DNA of 64,000 nucleotides, from the NCBI GenBank assembly GCA_963933835.1, contig CAWVVV010000001.1, positions 352,001-416,000 on the forward strand, read 5' to 3'. This stretch comes from an uncultured Puniceicoccaceae bacterium. Its GTDB lineage: Bacteria; Verrucomicrobiota; Verrucomicrobiia; Opitutales; Oceanipulchritudinaceae. Under the pieces are notes generated by a model, which did not search any database, was not told where the DNA came from, and saw only the letters and a program-made list of their open reading frames with translations. Position numbers and translations under genes: made by a program. Every line of letters starts with the position of its first letter. Positions within the stretch are counted from its first letter, which is position 1. Below are positions 40,471-50,209 of this stretch, piece by piece.

Positions 40471-40489
40471 CCCACAAAACCCTCCGACT

Positions 40490-41284
40490 TTGAAACGCTC
40501 CCTCCTTCTGTTCCTCCTTATCGCGGTTCTGTCTGTTGCGACTGAGGCGAAACCCGCGCCATCCGAGATGGTGCGGGTCGAGGGTGGAGCGTTCACGCCG
40601 ATGTTTGGTGAACTCAGTAAACCAAGAACAGTCGCCCCGTTCCTACTCGATCGCCACCCGGTGACGAACGCCGAGTTTTTGAAATTCGTCCGCGAGCATC
40701 CGGCTTGGCGGCGCTCGAACGCCAAGCAATTGTTCGCCGATGTCGGTTACCTCTCGCATTGGTCGGGAGATCTCGAGTTGGGCGAGAATGCCCCGCCGAA
40801 TGCCGCCGTCGTCCGCGTTTCTTGGTTCGCCGCTCGCGCCTATCTCAAGCACATCGACAAGCGACTCCCGCGAGAAGACGAGTGGGAGTTCGCCGCCCTC
40901 GCAGATGCCACCCGCGCCGATGCAAGTAAGGATCCCGCATACCTTCAGCGCATTCTCGAATGGTATGGCAAACCCTCCCCTGCACGCCTTCCGGACACCT
41001 CCACCTTGCACGCTGATTTTCGCGGCGTGGTCGGCTTGCACGGCAACGTCTGGGAGTGGGTCGTCGATTTCAACAATCAGATGGTCACAGGAGCCGCGCG
41101 TTTGGATAGCTCACTCGACCGAGCCTTGTTTTGCGCCGGCGGCGCAGTGAATGCCACCGACGCGGCCAATTACGCCGCCTTTATGCGCTACGCCTTTCGC
41201 TCCAGTCTCGATGGCGCCTACACCGTTAACAACCTCGGCTTCCGTGGCGCGCGGGACCTTGAGCCCACCGAATCATATCCATGA
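40490..41284 (+). CDS. Formylglycine-generating-enzyme-fold protein (NirV-like)
   Basis: HPVTNAEF, VSWFAA, RLPREDEWEFAA, LHGNVWEW, NLGFR; directly after nirK. Confidence 0.85.
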   Translation: MKRSLLLFLLIAVLSVATEAKPAPSEMVRVEGGAFTPMFGELSKPRTVAPFLLDRHPVTNAEFLKFVREHPAWRRSNAKQLFADVGYLSHWSGDLELGENAPPNAAVVRVSWFAARAYLKHIDKRLPREDEWEFAALADATRADASKDPAYLQRILEWYGKPSPARLPDTSTLHADFRGVVGLHGNVWEWVVDFNNQMVTGAARLDSSLDRALFCAGGAVNATDAANYAAFMRYAFRSSLDGAYTVNNLGFRGARDLEPTESYP

Positions 41285-41886
41285 AATCGACTCTCCTATT
41301 CCTTCCCCTCTTGCTCATTCCTAATCTGAGGGCCGAAGAACTTCCACCGTGCTGCGCCGTCAATGAGGTCTCCGTCGATGCTGCTGGCTCGGTCTACGAA
41401 CTCGACGCCAGATGGACCGATCAACACGACCAGCAAACCCAACTCGCAGACTTCAAAGGGCAACCCGTCCTGCTCACAATGGGCTACTCGAGCTGCCAAT
41501 ACGCCTGCCCTCGACTCGTCGCCGATTTGATCGCGATCAAGCGTGAGCTCACTGCAACGCAACAACAGGCAGTGCGCTTCGTCTTCGTCTCGATTGATCC
41601 CGAACGCGATTCGCCTGAAAAACTCGCCGCCTTCTTCGATCAGTACGACGTCGATCAGTCACGATGGTCGGGACTTCGCGGTTCGGATGATGCCGTGCTA
41701 GAGCTTTCCGTCGCCCTCGGCACACGCTACCGCCAGCTCGAGAACCTCGATTTTGCCCACTCCAACCGTCTGACGCTGCTCTCACCCGAGGGAGTCATTG
41801 TTCACAATCAGGAAGGCCTTGGCACTGATCCTAGCGAAATGCTCGGCGCCCTGCGAAATATCCTAACCACGGCGGAGAGGGATTAA
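41281..41886 (+). CDS. SCO1/SenC copper chaperone
   Basis: CQYACP (CxxxC), SIDPERD, FAHS. Confidence 0.9.
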   Translation: MKSTLLFLPLLLIPNLRAEELPPCCAVNEVSVDAAGSVYELDARWTDQHDQQTQLADFKGQPVLLTMGYSSCQYACPRLVADLIAIKRELTATQQQAVRFVFVSIDPERDSPEKLAAFFDQYDVDQSRWSGLRGSDDAVLELSVALGTRYRQLENLDFAHSNRLTLLSPEGVIVHNQEGLGTDPSEMLGALRNILTTAERD

Positions 41887-41936
41887 TAATACATCCAGTT
41901 GCGAATGGGCGCGATGAACCTGTGCGACTGACTGCA

Positions 41937-42986
41937 ATGAGCCTCTCCGAACGCCTAGACCCATTTGCCGACGAACCGTTCCGGCTGTTCTTCCCGCTCG
42001 GCATCCTTGCCTCAGTCATCGGCGTTCTCCTATGGCCAGCGTTCTTTGGTCATTGGACCACCACTTATCCGCTCGAAACGCATCCCCGCTGGATGGTGAT
42101 CGGCTTTGGCGGCTGCTTCATTACCGGTTTCCTCGGCACCGCCGGTCCGCGACTTCTGGGGACCAAACCGTGGTCCCGTTTCGAGTTCATTCTCCACACC
42201 GTGATGGCTCTATCCGTGATGGCTCTCCTCACTTTCAACAACATCGCCAAAGCGGATTTGTTGACGGGAATCTGGTTGCTCGGTGTTTCGGCGAGCTTGC
42301 TCATACGCGTCTTCTTCGGTCGGAAGGACGTTCCTCCACCCGGACTCCCACTCGCGGTTCTTGGTCTCATTGGGGCCTCATGCGCAGGCTTTGCATTAAG
42401 CATGGAGAACCCTCTCCGCTTCTCGCTGCCGCTTCACACCTTCTGGCGTCTACTCTACTTCCAGGGGTTCCTCTGGCTGCCGATCCTCGGTGTTGCGCCC
42501 TACCTCCTACCACGCTTCTTCGGTTGCAAGTCACCGCACTCTTTTCCCGTCAGCTCCCGAATGCCTGCCGGTTGGTTGATACACTTTATCGATTCACTCA
42601 TCGCCGGCTTTCTGCTCATCGTCAGCTTTGCTTTAGAGGCTTGGCTCCCTGGTCCGGCTGGGATGATTCTGCGAACCATCGTTGTTCTCGTCCACCTCAC
42701 CCGAGCGGTGCCCGGCCTTGTCTCATGGAGTAAAGTCAACGGTCTTGGCCTTGCCCTGCGCTGGGTCCTTCCCTGCGCCGCCATCGGTTGGCTGCTCGCC
42801 GTCTTGTTTCCACCCTTACGGATCGGCATGCTACACTTCATGTTCATTGGAAGCTTCGGGCTGCTCATGCTCGCCGTCGCGACGCGCGTCATCCTTGGCC
42901 ATAATGATCGTCACGACCTTCTCGTCGCACGTAAAAAAGAAGGCCGGAGGAAACGAGTTCCACCGGCCTACAAATATTGTCTCTAG
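41937..42986 (+). CDS. nnrS: NnrS family heme-copper membrane protein, probably 3'-truncated
   Basis: EPFRLFFPLG, H..WMVIGF, GFLGTAGPR, LHFMFIG, ATRVILGH; the final residues run through the fusA terminator. Confidence 0.78.
   Translation: MSLSERLDPFADEPFRLFFPLGILASVIGVLLWPAFFGHWTTTYPLETHPRWMVIGFGGCFITGFLGTAGPRLLGTKPWSRFEFILHTVMALSVMALLTFNNIAKADLLTGIWLLGVSASLLIRVFFGRKDVPPPGLPLAVLGLIGASCAGFALSMENPLRFSLPLHTFWRLLYFQGFLWLPILGVAPYLLPRFFGCKSPHSFPVSSRMPAGWLIHFIDSLIAGFLLIVSFALEAWLPGPAGMILRTIVVLVHLTRAVPGLVSWSKVNGLGLALRWVLPCAAIGWLLAVLFPPLRIGMLHFMFIGSFGLLMLAVATRVILGHNDRHDLLVARKKEGRRKRVPPAYKYCL
42933..42969 (-). terminator. Rho-independent terminator of fusA
   Basis: Minus strand AGGCCGGTGGAA-CTCGT-TTCCTCCGGCCT followed by TCTTTTTT. 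Confidence 0.8.
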
Positions 42987-43002
42987 AAAAGAGCTGAAGT
43001 GC

Positions 43003-45099
43003 TTACTTCTTCTTCTTCTTCTCTTCCTTACGCTTGATCGCTTCCTCAATAACCTTGAGCGAAATATTCTTCGGACATTGCGCATAGTGATCGAACTCCA
43101 TCGAGAACTGACCACGGCCTGAAGTCATCGTGCGGAGGTCACCGATGTAACCAAACATCTCAGAGAGTGGAGCCTCGGCCTTGATGCGAACACCAGAGAC
43201 GGCTTGGTCCTGAGATTTGATCATTCCACGGCGACGATTGAGGTCACCGATAACATCACCAATGTTGAGGTCTGGAGAGAAGACATCGAGCTTCATGATC
43301 GGCTCGAGAATCTTTGGATCCGCTTTCGGCAAGGATTCACGGTAAGCGGCTTTCGCGGCCACTTCAAAAGCTACAGCAGAGGAGTCGACACTGTGGTAGG
43401 CACCATCGAGGAGGGTGACCTTGAGGTCGATCATCGGATACTCGGCGAGAGGACCCTTTCCCGTCGAGAGGCGGAAGCCCTTCTCAACAGCAGGCCAGAA
43501 TTCACGCGGCACGTTACCACCAACAACCTTACAGATGAAGGTAAAGCCTTCGCCAGGTTCACCAGGTTCGATGCGGTATTCAATTTTCGCAAACTGACCT
43601 GAACCACCGGACTGCTTCTTGTGCGTGTAGCTGTCTTCGATCGAAGTAGTAATGGATTCCCGATACGCTACTTGTGGCGCGCCAACTTCAACTTCGACGC
43701 CGTGGGTGCGTTTGAGGATATCGACCTTAATGTCGAGGTGCAGTTCACCCATCCCCTTAAGGATCGTTTCGCCCGACTCTTCATCGGTTTCAACGCGGAA
43801 AGAAGGGTCTTCAGCGATCATCTTGGAAATCGCGATACCCATCTTGTCCGAAGCGCCTTTATCCTTCGGCGAAACGGCTACGGAGATAACTGGATCCGGG
43901 AAGACCATCGGCTCTAGCGTAGCTGGATTGTCTTTATCGGCGAGAGTGTGACCCGTCTGAGTATTCTTCAGTCCCACAAAGGCGGCAATGTCTCCGGCTT
44001 GAACCATGTCGATCTCAGTGCGGTCGTCAGCGTGCATTTCGACCATGCGGCCGATCCGCTCGCTCTTACCTGTAAAGGTATTCACGATCGTGCTACCCTT
44101 TGCGAGCTGGCCGGAATAGACACGGACGAAGGTCAGCGCACCGAACTTGTCATCCATGATTTTGAAGGCCAAAGCGCGGAACGGCTTATCGACGTCCACT
44201 TCGGCGAAAGTGCCGGTCGGGTTACCTTCGAGGTCAACCTCAGGCTGCGGGGGTACTTCGGTCGGGCTTGGGAGGTAATCAACAACCGCATCGAGAACAT
44301 TCTGGACCCCTTTATTCTTAAAGGAGGAACCACAAAGGGTTGGGAAGAACTCGAGGGCAATCGTTCCCTTACGGATACAAAGCTTAAGGTCTTCAATCGA
44401 AGGCTCTTCGCCACCGAGGTAGGACTCCATGAGATCGTCGTCCATTTCAACAGCGGTCTCGATGAGCTGCTCACGGTATTCGGCGACCTTTTCCTTCATC
44501 TCTTCAGGGACGTCACCCACAACAAAGTTTTCCGGCAAACCGGTGTCATCCCAGATATAAGACTTCTGGGTCAGGAGATCGACGACCCCAACAAAATCAT
44601 TCTCAATCCCGATCGGGAGCACCATAACGAGAGGGCGCGCACCGAGGATTTTCTTCACTTGATCAACGACGCTGTAGAAATCAGCACCGGTACGGTCGAG
44701 TTTGTTCACGTAGATGATCCGTGCGACCTTGGAATCATTGGCGTAGCGCCAGTTGGTCTCGGATTGAGGCTCAACCCCTCCCGAACCACAGAAAACACCC
44801 ACACCGCCGTCGAGGACCTTCAAGGAACGGTAGACCTCAATCGTGAAGTCAACGTGCCCTGGGGTGTCGATGATGTTGAAACGGTAGTCCTTCCAAAAAC
44901 AGGTCGTCGCAGCCGATTGAATCGTGATGCCACGCTCTTGTTCTTGGTCCATGAAGTCAGTCGTCGCAGCACCGTCGTGCACTTCACCGAGCTTATGGAT
45001 TTTACCCGTAAGCTTCAGAATACGTTCTGTCGTCGTTGTCTTTCCGGCGTCAACGTGTGCGAAGATGCCGATATTGCGATACTTTGTGAGGTCGTTCAT
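43003..45099 (-). CDS. fusA: Elongation factor G, stand-alone copy
   Basis: [51 protein letters not shown]; start ATG 45099. Confidence 0.97.
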   Translation of the reverse strand: MNDLTKYRNIGIFAHVDAGKTTTTERILKLTGKIHKLGEVHDGAATTDFMDQEQERGITIQSAATTCFWKDYRFNIIDTPGHVDFTIEVYRSLKVLDGGVGVFCGSGGVEPQSETNWRYANDSKVARIIYVNKLDRTGADFYSVVDQVKKILGARPLVMVLPIGIENDFVGVVDLLTQKSYIWDDTGLPENFVVGDVPEEMKEKVAEYREQLIETAVEMDDDLMESYLGGEEPSIEDLKLCIRKGTIALEFFPTLCGSSFKNKGVQNVLDAVVDYLPSPTEVPPQPEVDLEGNPTGTFAEVDVDKPFRALAFKIMDDKFGALTFVRVYSGQLAKGSTIVNTFTGKSERIGRMVEMHADDRTEIDMVQAGDIAAFVGLKNTQTGHTLADKDNPATLEPMVFPDPVISVAVSPKDKGASDKMGIAISKMIAEDPSFRVETDEESGETILKGMGELHLDIKVDILKRTHGVEVEVGAPQVAYRESITTSIEDSYTHKKQSGGSGQFAKIEYRIEPGEPGEGFTFICKVVGGNVPREFWPAVEKGFRLSTGKGPLAEYPMIDLKVTLLDGAYHSVDSSAVAFEVAAKAAYRESLPKADPKILEPIMKLDVFSPDLNIGDVIGDLNRRRGMIKSQDQAVSGVRIKAEAPLSEMFGYIGDLRTMTSGRGQFSMEFDHYAQCPKNISLKVIEEAIKRKEEKKKKK

Positions 45100-45369
45100 G
45101 GTCTGCTGGCTGGATCCTTTGAGAAGAATCAGTGGACAAATAAAAACGGGGGAAAATCGGCATTTTGAGCTGAATGTCACTCTTTAAATGCTAGAATCTA
45201 TCCCTTTGAGCTTATATTGGGCTAGAAACAAGGTGCTAAACAGAAGCCTACTCCGCGACTCAGGCCTTCCTTTGGGCCATTTCAAGGCCAAGGGGAATTA
45301 GTTTAAGAAGTTTCGCATCTAGCTAGGCAGACATTGACCGAAGCCCCATCGCCCATCAACTTATTTTCA

Positions 45370-46086
45370 GTGGATAAATCCTCCCGCAGACGCTTTCTCT
45401 TTCGCGCCGCCCTCGTGGTCTTGGCAGCTGCCCCGCTGACGAGCCTCGCGGCCAACATCAGCTATAAAGTTCGCCGAGGGGATACCCTCTCGGCCATCGC
45501 GCGCAATCACGGGACCACGATCAAGGCTCTGAAGCGTGCGAACGGGCTGAGTAGCGATCGTATTCTCGCCGGTCAGGTTTTGACCATTCCGGTGAGTCGG
45601 ACCGCAGCACTCAGCTCAGCCGACAGCCTGACCCAAGGTATCAATGTGAAGCGCGACCGATGGAAATACATCGTCGCCCACCACAGCGCGATCGAGGCCG
45701 GCAACGCTGAGATTTACGATCGCAACCACCGGCGTCGCGGAATGAAGAACGGTCTCGCCTACCATTTTGTGATTGGAAACGGGCGCGACTCCGGCGACGG
45801 CGAGATCGAGATCGGTCCCCGCTGGCGCCAGCAGCTCCACGGCGGCCATGTGCGCAGCCAACGCTACAACGAAGCCGGCATCGGCATTTGCCTGGTCGGC
45901 AATTTCGAAGAACGCCGCCCGTCAAAAAAGCAAGTCAAGGCCTTCGAAGGCCTTGTCGACTACCTCGGAAACGATCTCCTCAGCGGCAAGTTCAAGTTTA
46001 TGGTGCACAAAGAAGTGGATAAAAACCACACCGTCTGCCCAGGCCGCTACTTCCCGCTCAAAGCGATGCATAAGAAGTTCGGGTAG
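45370..46086 (+). CDS. LysM plus N-acetylmuramoyl-L-alanine amidase (Amidase_2) with putative Tat signal
   Basis: SRRRFL, YKVRRGDTLSAIA..LKRANGL, IVAHHS, AYHFVIGNG, IGICLVGNF, H...TVCPG. Confidence 0.9.
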   Translation: MDKSSRRRFLFRAALVVLAAAPLTSLAANISYKVRRGDTLSAIARNHGTTIKALKRANGLSSDRILAGQVLTIPVSRTAALSSADSLTQGINVKRDRWKYIVAHHSAIEAGNAEIYDRNHRRRGMKNGLAYHFVIGNGRDSGDGEIEIGPRWRQQLHGGHVRSQRYNEAGIGICLVGNFEERRPSKKQVKAFEGLVDYLGNDLLSGKFKFMVHKEVDKNHTVCPGRYFPLKAMHKKFG

Positions 46087-46120
46087 GCCTACCTGACGCC
46101 CATAGACGAGGCTTGATAAG

Positions 46121-46720
46121 ATGGAAGCGCACCAAACAGCCGCTAACTACGATCGTATCGCTCACCACTGGTCAGGTGAAGATTTCAACTTCAAGAATGG
46201 GATACAGCAGCACGAAAGAGCACTAAGCTTTCATCGTGGCGGCAGCCACGCGATAGACATCGGGTGTGGGAGCAGTGGCCGTATCATTCAGTGTATTCAA
46301 GCACACGGATACGAAGTCGAAGGCCTTGATATTTCAGAGGTGATGCTTTCTCTCGCACGGAATAAGCACCCTGAAGTCACTTTTCATCAGGCAGACATTA
46401 TCACATGGGAGCTTCCCAGAAAATACGATTTCATCTCAGCATGGGACAGTATCTGGCCTGTCCCTCTCACTAAACATCCAATTGTCTTGGAAAAGCTCTG
46501 CGCCGGGCTCGAATCAAATGGCATCTTAATCTTCACCAGCGGCGGAGTCGATGAACCCGGTGAGGTGACAAACCCCTGCCATGGCCAACCACTCTACCAT
46601 GCCGCTCTAGGCATACCAAAACTCTTGGGGCTCATTGACCGCTTCGGCTGTATCTGCCGCCACTTGGAGTATGATCAACTGCCAGAAAAACATATCTACC
46701 TGATTGTTCAGAAAAGATGA
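46121..46720 (+). CDS. Class I SAM-dependent methyltransferase
   Basis: IDIGCGSSG, GLDISEVML, ADI, YDFI. Confidence 0.88.
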   Translation: MEAHQTAANYDRIAHHWSGEDFNFKNGIQQHERALSFHRGGSHAIDIGCGSSGRIIQCIQAHGYEVEGLDISEVMLSLARNKHPEVTFHQADIITWELPRKYDFISAWDSIWPVPLTKHPIVLEKLCAGLESNGILIFTSGGVDEPGEVTNPCHGQPLYHAALGIPKLLGLIDRFGCICRHLEYDQLPEKHIYLIVQKR

Positions 46721-46772
46721 GAACGCCTCTGTTCTTGTCAGCACGTTCCGCCCTCGCCTTCTTTAAGGGCGA

Positions 46773-47801
46773 ATGAGATCCCGCGACCGTTTTTTAGCTG
46801 CTTTGCGAGCAGAGCCTGTTTCCCGTCCTCCGATCTGGATCATGCGGCAGGCGGGTCGCTATTTACCGGAGTATCGGAAGCTGAAAGAGCGCTACGATTT
46901 TCTCACCCTTGCCAAGACGCCCGAGCTCGCCTGCGAAGTATCAGTGCAGCCCTTCCGCCGTTTCGCCCTCGATGCTGCGATCGTTTTTTCTGACATTCTC
47001 ATCATCCCCGAAGCGATGGGGCAGCCCTATCACTTCCGTGATCAAGGCGGGATCGGGATGGACTACCGCCTTGAGCGCCCCGAGCAGATCAACGCCCTCA
47101 CTCCCGAGGCCGTTCCGGAAAAACTCAACTACGTCGGCCAAGCGATCTCGCTCCTGAAAAACGAGCTGGGCGACGAAAAGGCTATCCTCGGCTTTGGTGG
47201 CTCCCCATGGACGCTTGCCTGCTACATGCTCGAAGGCGGCGGCAGCCAACACTTCAGTAAAGCGAAAGAACTTTACTACAAGGAGCCAGCACTGTTCGAA
47301 AAACTGATGGAGAAGCTCGTCGCCGCGCTTGCTCGGCTCTTCCAACTGCAAATCGAAGCCGGTGCAGATGCGATACAGATTTTCGATAGCTGGGCGGCAG
47401 CCTGTCCCGGAAACCACTACGAAGCGATGTCGCTGCGCTGGATTCGCAAACTCATCGCGCGCCTGCCGGAAGGCTTTCCCATCATCCTCTTTGCCAAGGG
47501 TATGACCGCGCACATGCCGAGCTTGCTCAAGAGTGGTGCCCAAGGCTTTGGCATCGATGCGCAAATCCGCCTCCATGAGCTCCGTGCACAGGTGCCGGAA
47601 AACTTCGCGCTCCAAGGAAATCTCGACCCCTCCCTCCTCGAGCTGCCACCGGAGATCGTTTCGAGCGAAGCGAAACGCTTTCTCGAGAGTATGAGCGGCG
47701 CCCGCGGCCACATCGTTAACCTCGGCCACGGGATCACCCCGCAGGCCCGACCCGAGAGCGTTGAGGCCCTCGTCAACGCGGTCGTGGAAAGCGGAAACTA
47801 A
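46773..47801 (+). CDS. hemE: Uroporphyrinogen decarboxylase
   Basis: PIWIMRQAGRYLPEYR, DAAIVFSDIL, QIFDSWA, QGNLDP, NLGHGI. Confidence 0.96.
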   Translation: MRSRDRFLAALRAEPVSRPPIWIMRQAGRYLPEYRKLKERYDFLTLAKTPELACEVSVQPFRRFALDAAIVFSDILIIPEAMGQPYHFRDQGGIGMDYRLERPEQINALTPEAVPEKLNYVGQAISLLKNELGDEKAILGFGGSPWTLACYMLEGGGSQHFSKAKELYYKEPALFEKLMEKLVAALARLFQLQIEAGADAIQIFDSWAAACPGNHYEAMSLRWIRKLIARLPEGFPIILFAKGMTAHMPSLLKSGAQGFGIDAQIRLHELRAQVPENFALQGNLDPSLLELPPEIVSSEAKRFLESMSGARGHIVNLGHGITPQARPESVEALVNAVVESGN

Positions 47802-47817
47802 AAACAACTTTTCAGAC

Positions 47818-49089
47818 ATGCAGAAGGATACACGAAATTCCCTACCCGGTCTCCTTCGAGCCATCGGACCCGGCATCCTGATGGCAGGTGCCGCGATCGG
47901 CGTATCGCATGTCGTCCAATCGACGCGGGCGGGGGCATCCTTCGGGCTTGAAATCATCTGGCTCGTTCTCCTTGTCAATGTTCTCAAATACCCCTTCTTC
48001 GAAGCGGGACATCGCTACACCGTAGCGACCGGTGAGTCGCTCCTCGATGGCTACAAGCGCTTGGGCAATGGCTTTCTCTACGCCTTCCTCGCGCTGAACA
48101 GTTTCACTGCGGTAATCAGTGTTGCCGGTGTCACTTTTGTCACCGCTATCCTCACCCCAAAGATCGGACCGCTCGCAAACGCCAGTCCTCAAGCGATCAG
48201 TGCGGGGCTGCTTGTTCTTATCATTCTAGTTCTTAGTCTCGGACGCTATAAATGGCTCGACCGGATCATCAAGGTGATGGTCTTCGTTCTCTTCGTCGCA
48301 ACCATCGCGGCATTCTTGAGGGCGTCATCAAATCCTAATACCCCGGTCGAAGGTTTTGTCGGCCCCGAGCTTTGGACGATTACTTCCCTCCCCTTTCTCA
48401 TCGCCCTCATGGGATGGATGCCTGCTCCGATCGAGATGTCGGTCTGGCAGTCGCTCTGGATCAAAGCCGCTGAAGACGAACGCAACGAGAAGACAACCCG
48501 CCGCCAAGCCGCCGTTGATTTTCATCTTGGCTACATCATAACAACTTTGCTGGCGCTCATGTTTGTCGCGCTCGGTGCTTGGGTGATGTATGGCTCGGGC
48601 GAGCAGTTCGCGGCCTCAAGCGTCGGGTTCACAAATCAATTTGTGAACCTCTACACCTCGAAACTCGGTGAGTGGACGACGCCGATCATCACCGCCGCCG
48701 CCTTCACCACTCTCCTTTCAACGACAATTACGGTGGTCGATGCCTACCCGCGCTCGCTCGCAGCAGGCATCCAAGTAGCTAAGTCGTCCCTACCTCAAAG
48801 TGCGCGTTTCTGGCACATTGTAATGATCATCGTCTGTTCGCTCGTCGGCTGGCTTATCATCGCCTTCTCGTCGAAGAACCTCACTACCCTGATCGATCTC
48901 ATCACAACGGCAGCCTTTCTGACCGGACCCATCTTTGCATTTTTGAATCTGCGCCTCGTATTGTCGGACCACCTACCCAAGGCTTTCCGCTTAAACCTCT
49001 CGCGCAAAGTGCTTAGTTGGCTCGGCCTTGCTTACCTCGTTGGGTTTTCGCTCCTCTTTATTTGGTGGCGACTTTTCATAAAAAGCTAA
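47818..49089 (+). CDS. NRAMP-related membrane transporter
   Basis: GPGILMAGAAIGVSHVVQSTRAGA, ATGESLLDGY, LMGWMPAP, DAYPR; ~11 TM helices. Confidence 0.8.
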   Translation: MQKDTRNSLPGLLRAIGPGILMAGAAIGVSHVVQSTRAGASFGLEIIWLVLLVNVLKYPFFEAGHRYTVATGESLLDGYKRLGNGFLYAFLALNSFTAVISVAGVTFVTAILTPKIGPLANASPQAISAGLLVLIILVLSLGRYKWLDRIIKVMVFVLFVATIAAFLRASSNPNTPVEGFVGPELWTITSLPFLIALMGWMPAPIEMSVWQSLWIKAAEDERNEKTTRRQAAVDFHLGYIITTLLALMFVALGAWVMYGSGEQFAASSVGFTNQFVNLYTSKLGEWTTPIITAAAFTTLLSTTITVVDAYPRSLAAGIQVAKSSLPQSARFWHIVMIIVCSLVGWLIIAFSSKNLTTLIDLITTAAFLTGPIFAFLNLRLVLSDHLPKAFRLNLSRKVLSWLGLAYLVGFSLLFIWWRLFIKS

Positions 49090-49100
49090 TAATTAGCACG

Positions 49101-50000
49101 ATGTTTTCAGTTTTTAGGCCAGAAATTCAGTTAGCTGGTAGAGCATGGTCTATCGACCGATTGCTAAGAGCAATGCGATGGCTTCTTCACAACTGCATCC
49201 CCTCGATAACGACTAAATTGTTGGTTTGTTATGTAGGTTTTAGCCTCTGCGGTCTGCTCCAGGGGATGTATCAGAACATGCCAGCGGATGAGGTGCTCGC
49301 AGAAAAAGGCACACCCAAAAACACTCTGGCCCGCGGCACATCCGAGCTCTGGGTCTACGAAGATGGAACGAGCCTCCGATTCGAGGGAGGCCTTCTCATT
49401 TCCTGCGATAGGTGTGTTCTGCTTGAAGCTCCAGAGGCGCTGCCTGAAATTCCTAAATCACCTACCACCCCAGCGGAACCCCTAACAGAGGCAACCCCAG
49501 TTGAGAAAAAAGAACTCGTCGAAAAAGAACTCGCCGAAGAATCACAATGGCTGGAGGACGGTGAATACGCCTATGAAGATGAATACGATCTCGCGGGGAT
49601 GGAGGACGATTACTCTTCTTGGGACGATGAGCCCTCTGAGGCGAACTTCCTCGTCATCTTTTTGATCGGAACGACTGCCTTGAGCAGTGTGCTCTGGCTA
49701 GCGTTTAAGCAGGTAAGCATCGGTTTCGTGGCGCGCCAAGTTCTCGTCATCGCGGTGGGGGTGAACCTCTTCAGGCTCTTACTTGACCTCATCCCGTGGC
49801 AGGACGAAAACAGACAGTTCTTCTATGTCGATGACGTCATTTTGCTGAGCGTTCTCGTCAGCCTGATCTATTTCCTCTCAGAAGTTAAAACAACCCTGAC
49901 TGCACTCAAAATCGCGGTCGCAGCCACGGTTATCGCTAAGATTATCATCTTTGGAATCCTATGGGCGGCGATTATGATCGGTGGCAGCTTTTTAAGCTAA
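49101..50000 (+). CDS. Hypothetical membrane protein with an acidic linker and 4 C-terminal TM helices
   Basis: Open frame; start uncertain (49101 or 49173). Confidence 0.6.
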   Translation: MFSVFRPEIQLAGRAWSIDRLLRAMRWLLHNCIPSITTKLLVCYVGFSLCGLLQGMYQNMPADEVLAEKGTPKNTLARGTSELWVYEDGTSLRFEGGLLISCDRCVLLEAPEALPEIPKSPTTPAEPLTEATPVEKKELVEKELAEESQWLEDGEYAYEDEYDLAGMEDDYSSWDDEPSEANFLVIFLIGTTALSSVLWLAFKQVSIGFVARQVLVIAVGVNLFRLLLDLIPWQDENRQFFYVDDVILLSVLVSLIYFLSEVKTTLTALKIAVAATVIAKIIIFGILWAAIMIGGSFLS

Positions 50001-50016
50001 GAGGACTGCAGTGAAA

Positions 50017-50051
50017 AACGAAAAGCCCTACGTTTGAGTAGGGCTCTCGTT
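50017..50051. terminator. Terminator hairpin between convergent genes
   Basis: AACGAAAAGCCCTAC-GTTTGA-GTAGGGCTCTCGTT, with a T tract on the minus strand. Confidence 0.7.
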
Positions 50052-50209
50052 ACTGCTCACTCTTCTATTCACTATCTACTGTCTATCACTAACACCTGTC
50101 TACTTAGGCTAAACCTTCTCCGAGGTTGAAAGTTTCAGAAACTGAAAATTCGTGTCTGATTTTCCGTTGTAGAGTGGACGTTTCGACCGCCACTTTTCAA
50201 AAGGGGCCT

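Noticed and set aside
43204..45168. Long plus-strand ORFs (up to 406 aa) opposite fusA
   Set aside because: Antisense shadows of a codon-biased gene; no recognisable motifs.
46941..47987. 348-aa minus-strand ORF
   Set aside because: Antisense to hemE; no family features.
50052..50209. Possible ncRNA between the kamA stop and its terminator
   Set aside because: Only short hairpins and a weak periodic tract; no recognisable RNA family.
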